Assembly (NCBI GenBank): GCA_009103225.1 | Contig: RHPI01001132.1 | Location: 372,001-436,000, forward strand | Length of the DNA: 64,000 bases | Reading direction: 5' to 3' | Origin: Chlorokybus atmophyticus | Lineage: Eukaryota; Plantae; Mesostigma and Chlorokybus algae | Shown here: positions 60,501 through 64,000 of the stretch, piece after piece | Position numbering within the stretch: the stretch's first letter is position 1 | How the letters are laid out: the number at the start of each line of letters is the position of its first letter | Made by a program: the position numbers and the translations under genes | Notes under the pieces: generated by a model | Told to the model about the DNA's origin: nothing | What the model saw: the letters and a program-made list of their open reading frames with translations, nothing else | Databases searched by the model: none

Positions 60501-62253
60501 GTGCAACAAGCAGATGACAGTCAGTCAGACACATACAACCGTATGCGAATTCCGTACTAGAACTCGAGTAAGTTGTGTCTCGCACCTGCTTGTCGAGGAT
60601 GTTGGAGACCACGTTGATCTCTTCGTACTGGCCTTGCCCCACATCCCCCAAGTATCTGCCAAATCAGGCAACACACATGAGCGTGACTACACCAAACCAA
60701 CACACATGCTTGTGTGCGCACGCGTGCGCAAGCGCGCACACAAGCACATGGGCGTGACTGGGTGCACGTGCATATGTGGATGCAAGTGCTGTGCGTGTGT
60801 GCAATTGTGCAAAGTCCCCAATGCAGCCTCATCTCCACTCACAGTTCATCTGTTCCCGGTCTCATCGCCGAGCTATATGGGTTCCTTAACCCACACGCCA
60901 GTATCTTCCCCCTCTCGCTCCCCGGTTGCGTCACGTCATACATGGGGTTGTCCGGCAGTCCACGCCCCGTGTCGGGGTCCAAACGCAACACGCAGCCGTT
61001 GTAGGAAGGGTTAGAGGAGGAAGAGAGGCGGAAACGGTAGGACTGGGAACGGAGGGAACCGCCTTGGGAAGAGGGGAAAGAGAGGGAAGGGGTGGGGGGA
61101 TCTGGAGTGGTGAGGAGTGTGAGAAAAGGAGTGAGTAACTAATGTGATACACACTGTAGATGTTTACCTTTGCATGGGTTGGTGAAGCCTGGAGGGCCAA
61201 CCATGCCGTAGTCGAGGGACCACCAGGCCGAGCCATCGCCTACAACAATGATGAAATGGGGTGATTGATTGATGGTGGTGATTGACGGTAAGTTGCACAC
61301 ACAAAGAGACTCACTCTCACGTGCGCACATGCAAGCGCATGCGCAACGCAATCAACGCATTGATGTTGACTCAGATGATCGATTCTTAACATACCGTTTG
61401 GCACGATAAGCGCCCCGTATCGGTCGAATTGTATGGTCCCTAGCGTGTGCGATCCCCACTCGTAGCACATGGACTGCCCTCCCAGGATAATCTGCTCGCT
61501 TGCGGCATCAGTGCGCCACTGAGCTCCATTTGTCATGTCGACAGCCCAGCGCGAGAGGCGGCCGTACGTGACGCACGGACCGTCCGAGGCGCACTGACCA
61601 CGGTGAGTGTTGGCTGGAGGGAGTTGTTGTTGTGAGCAGTGAGTAGTGGGAGTAGTGGGAGACAGAGAGTACAGTAGCTATGTTGTGACAGGCACTGAGA
61701 CTAACTCACTCACTTGGGTCCCAGGTATAGACGGCGTAGAGGTATGGTCGGCCTTGCAGGAACTTGGGCTGCAGCGCACATGGGACGGTGTAACAGTCAG
61801 TGCATGCATGGGTGCACCAATGCAATTCAAGGATCCATGGATGAGGACAACAAGTGTACTCACATCAAGGGCGATGCCGAGCAAGCCCCGGTCGTTGACG
61901 GTGTCCACGCGCGGCCGGATGTCGAGCAGCACGTATGGCGTGGATGACCACGAGTCCAGCACAAGCACAGTGCCCTGTGGTATACCATTGCTGTGTGCTC
62001 GGAGTACAGGCAACGCACACACACACATTCCTCTATCTCCCTCTATCTCCCTCTCTCTTACCTGTTTCTGCACGAGTAGTATCTTGTTCCCTGCCCACTT
62101 GACAGCGACGATTCCCGGCACGACAGGCGGCATGCGCTCCAGCTGGAACCCTGCGTACCGCACTACCGCCTGAGCATCCACTAAAACGTGGGAGGGACCA
62201 AGCAGCAGCAACGCCAGCAACGCCGCCGTGAGAAAGAGGAGGGAAGGTGGCAT
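57595..62253 (-). CDS. Secreted glucose/sorbosone-dehydrogenase-like (GSDH beta-propeller) + PKD + malectin-domain protein, about 17 exons
   Basis: Signal peptide MPPSLLFLTAALLALLLLG. DRGLLGIALD, SHTLGTIQF...GALIV..GDG, NGCVLRLDPDTGRGLPDNP, GLRNPY, GDVGQGQYEEIN, NFGWPCFEG, GALFFGDF. PKD-like APLQVNCDASAS..PLMYKWD and AGTYKVTVQV. Malectin YAVNCG...ERYG..FTYNFPVAPGRYAVTMYFIE...GQRVFDV...VNGILI. Confidence 0.88.
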
Positions 62254-62297
62254 GGTTTGACTAAGTGAACGGACGCCTGGACTCCCACTCCCACTCC

Positions 62298-62332
<35 letters not shown>

Positions 62333-62440
62333 CGTGTGCCTTGTTCGCAGCTCCACCAGCCCGACACACCTTGTGAAGACCCCCCTGCCTACAAGATGGT
62401 GGAGCAGCACTACGCTGCGAACACGTCGGCAATGCTACAC

Positions 62441-62540
62441 TCACGTGCGGCGGTGGGCGTACGGTACGTACGGTAGGGTGTACGGTACGTGTGCGTCGTC
62501 AACTTCAATCTCACGTGCGTCGGCGTGCGCGTACGTACCG
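62441..62540. promoter_or_regulatory. Cluster of 7 GTAC cores and 2 CACGTG boxes upstream of the GSDH/malectin gene
   Basis: GTAC at 62459, 62464, 62468, 62480, 62485, 62531 and 62535; CACGTG at 62442 and 62512. Confidence 0.5.
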
Positions 62541-64000
62541 TCGTGCGTCATGACTAACGCGCAATAAAGTGGCCCTTTTCTATACCAGGTAATGGTCGTC
62601 GCTGCAATTCCGGCTTTTCACAATTGCATAAGCCCAAATGTTCCCACGATAATATTGACTGTAGGCTACAACTTATGAAGACACACACATGTAGCAGCGC
62701 CGTGTGGTATAGACCAGTAGCTAAACTAATTCTTTTTTATTTTATGTGTTTCGACATGCTGACAACTTTGATGAGCGACCGCATTCTACGGCCTACAATG
62801 TGCCAACATAGGTGCAACAGCAATCACGTCGTTATACTACTCTCCAGCATGCTCGCGCTCTCTCTGCGCCACCAAATGCCACAAGTTTAATGTCATGCTG
62901 TGCATTAACATATGACTGCTTTCGAGCACTACAGTGATACTAACTTGTTAATTCAGTTTCTGCTGTCCTACATAAACAGGCGCTGACTATTTAAGCGTGC
63001 GCCATATGCATGTCCGCCTCCATGGTCGCAGGCTCATGGCACACAGCTCCTCGCCCCGGCATCGCCACCATTGTTGCACCTCCTCTCGCCATAACGGCCA
63101 TCTCCTGCGCCCTTGAACACAACATTGTACAGCATAAACAATGTTTTGCTTGGCATCGACACGCCTTTGTGCAAAGGAATGGGTTTTAGCCCTTGTCACT
63201 TTGCTGTGCATGTGGACCCAACGGAACAAGTTGGCTATATTTCTTATGGACTGCCTCTATTGGCAAGCATATATTACATCACACAACCAGCTTGGAAAGC
63301 AGCAGCGTGCATGTGTACACTATCAACACTATTAACAAATTTAAATATATATCGATGACAATCACCCTAATCACATAAGATGTATGTCTAGCACTAGGGT
63401 GCATGCGCCTTGCTATTGGAGCATCTAAGCATGCAAACGCAAACCGTATATGATAAAAATTGGTTTGCAATGTTTTATGCTAGAAGTTCCTTACACAGTT
63501 GGACACCATGCATGTACGAAATGCGCAACAAGTTGTGCTCATTATAGCACACACGTTGCTGTACACTACCGCATTGCATGAAGCATGCATTATACATGAT
63601 GAGTTGTTGCACAGCACCCATGAATGTGCGCATGCATGGGAGTTGTGCAACACCTCCAATACACATATTCTCATATATATATGTATATATGTATAATATA
63701 TGTATAACATATATATATATATATATATATATGTATATGTTAAGCGGCAAGCTATTTGCATTCACAATTGGTGCTCATTGCATAAGCTGGGCTTGTTGTC
63801 CCTCTCCTCAAACATGTGTGGCATCAACTGATGGTACGCGTTAGCTTACGCAATGTTTGCTCAACTCACAATTGTCGTCATATCATACCATTTATGCCAA
63901 CTCCAAGCTGAACTGATTGGACTCATTTGTGCATGCATGGGCCTAGTCTACACATGATGCATGATTCAGACTCCGTCAACGCGAGACTGCCATCCACCAT

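Noticed and set aside
1-64000. tRNA, rRNA or snoRNA genes
   Set aside because: None was recognisable by eye. A tRNAscan/Infernal run would be needed to exclude small ncRNAs.

Overview
Intron-rich eukaryotic genomic DNA, most consistent with a green alga or early streptophyte (inferred from gene content and intron style). It contains three N-gaps and one single N. The first ~21.6 kb is a retroelement cluster: the 3' remnant of a chromodomain-bearing Ty3/Gypsy element, a near full-length decayed L1/Tx1-type LINE on the minus strand, a Ty3/Gypsy element whose polyprotein reads Gag - C5 DNA methyltransferase (DNMT3-like) - RT - RNase H - integrase - PHD finger, and a second divergent LINE ORF1 fragment. 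The rest is host genes: GAR1, a DUF3172 plastid protein, an SLC35/TPT-family transporter, SEC61 alpha, glutamate decarboxylase (GAD), a scrambled UbiA/COQ2-like relic, two LEA-like genes, and a secreted sugar-dehydrogenase/PKD/malectin protein with a bacterial-style architecture. The most striking unexplained feature is an apparently intact 4-exon antisense gene (~490 aa) inside a 3.6-kb GAD intron. It encodes five tandem C4 zinc-finger-like repeats plus a C-terminal HNH nuclease resembling those of giant DNA viruses, and it is preceded by an exact 100-bp tandem array. All exon calls and family assignments were made by eye, with no database searches.
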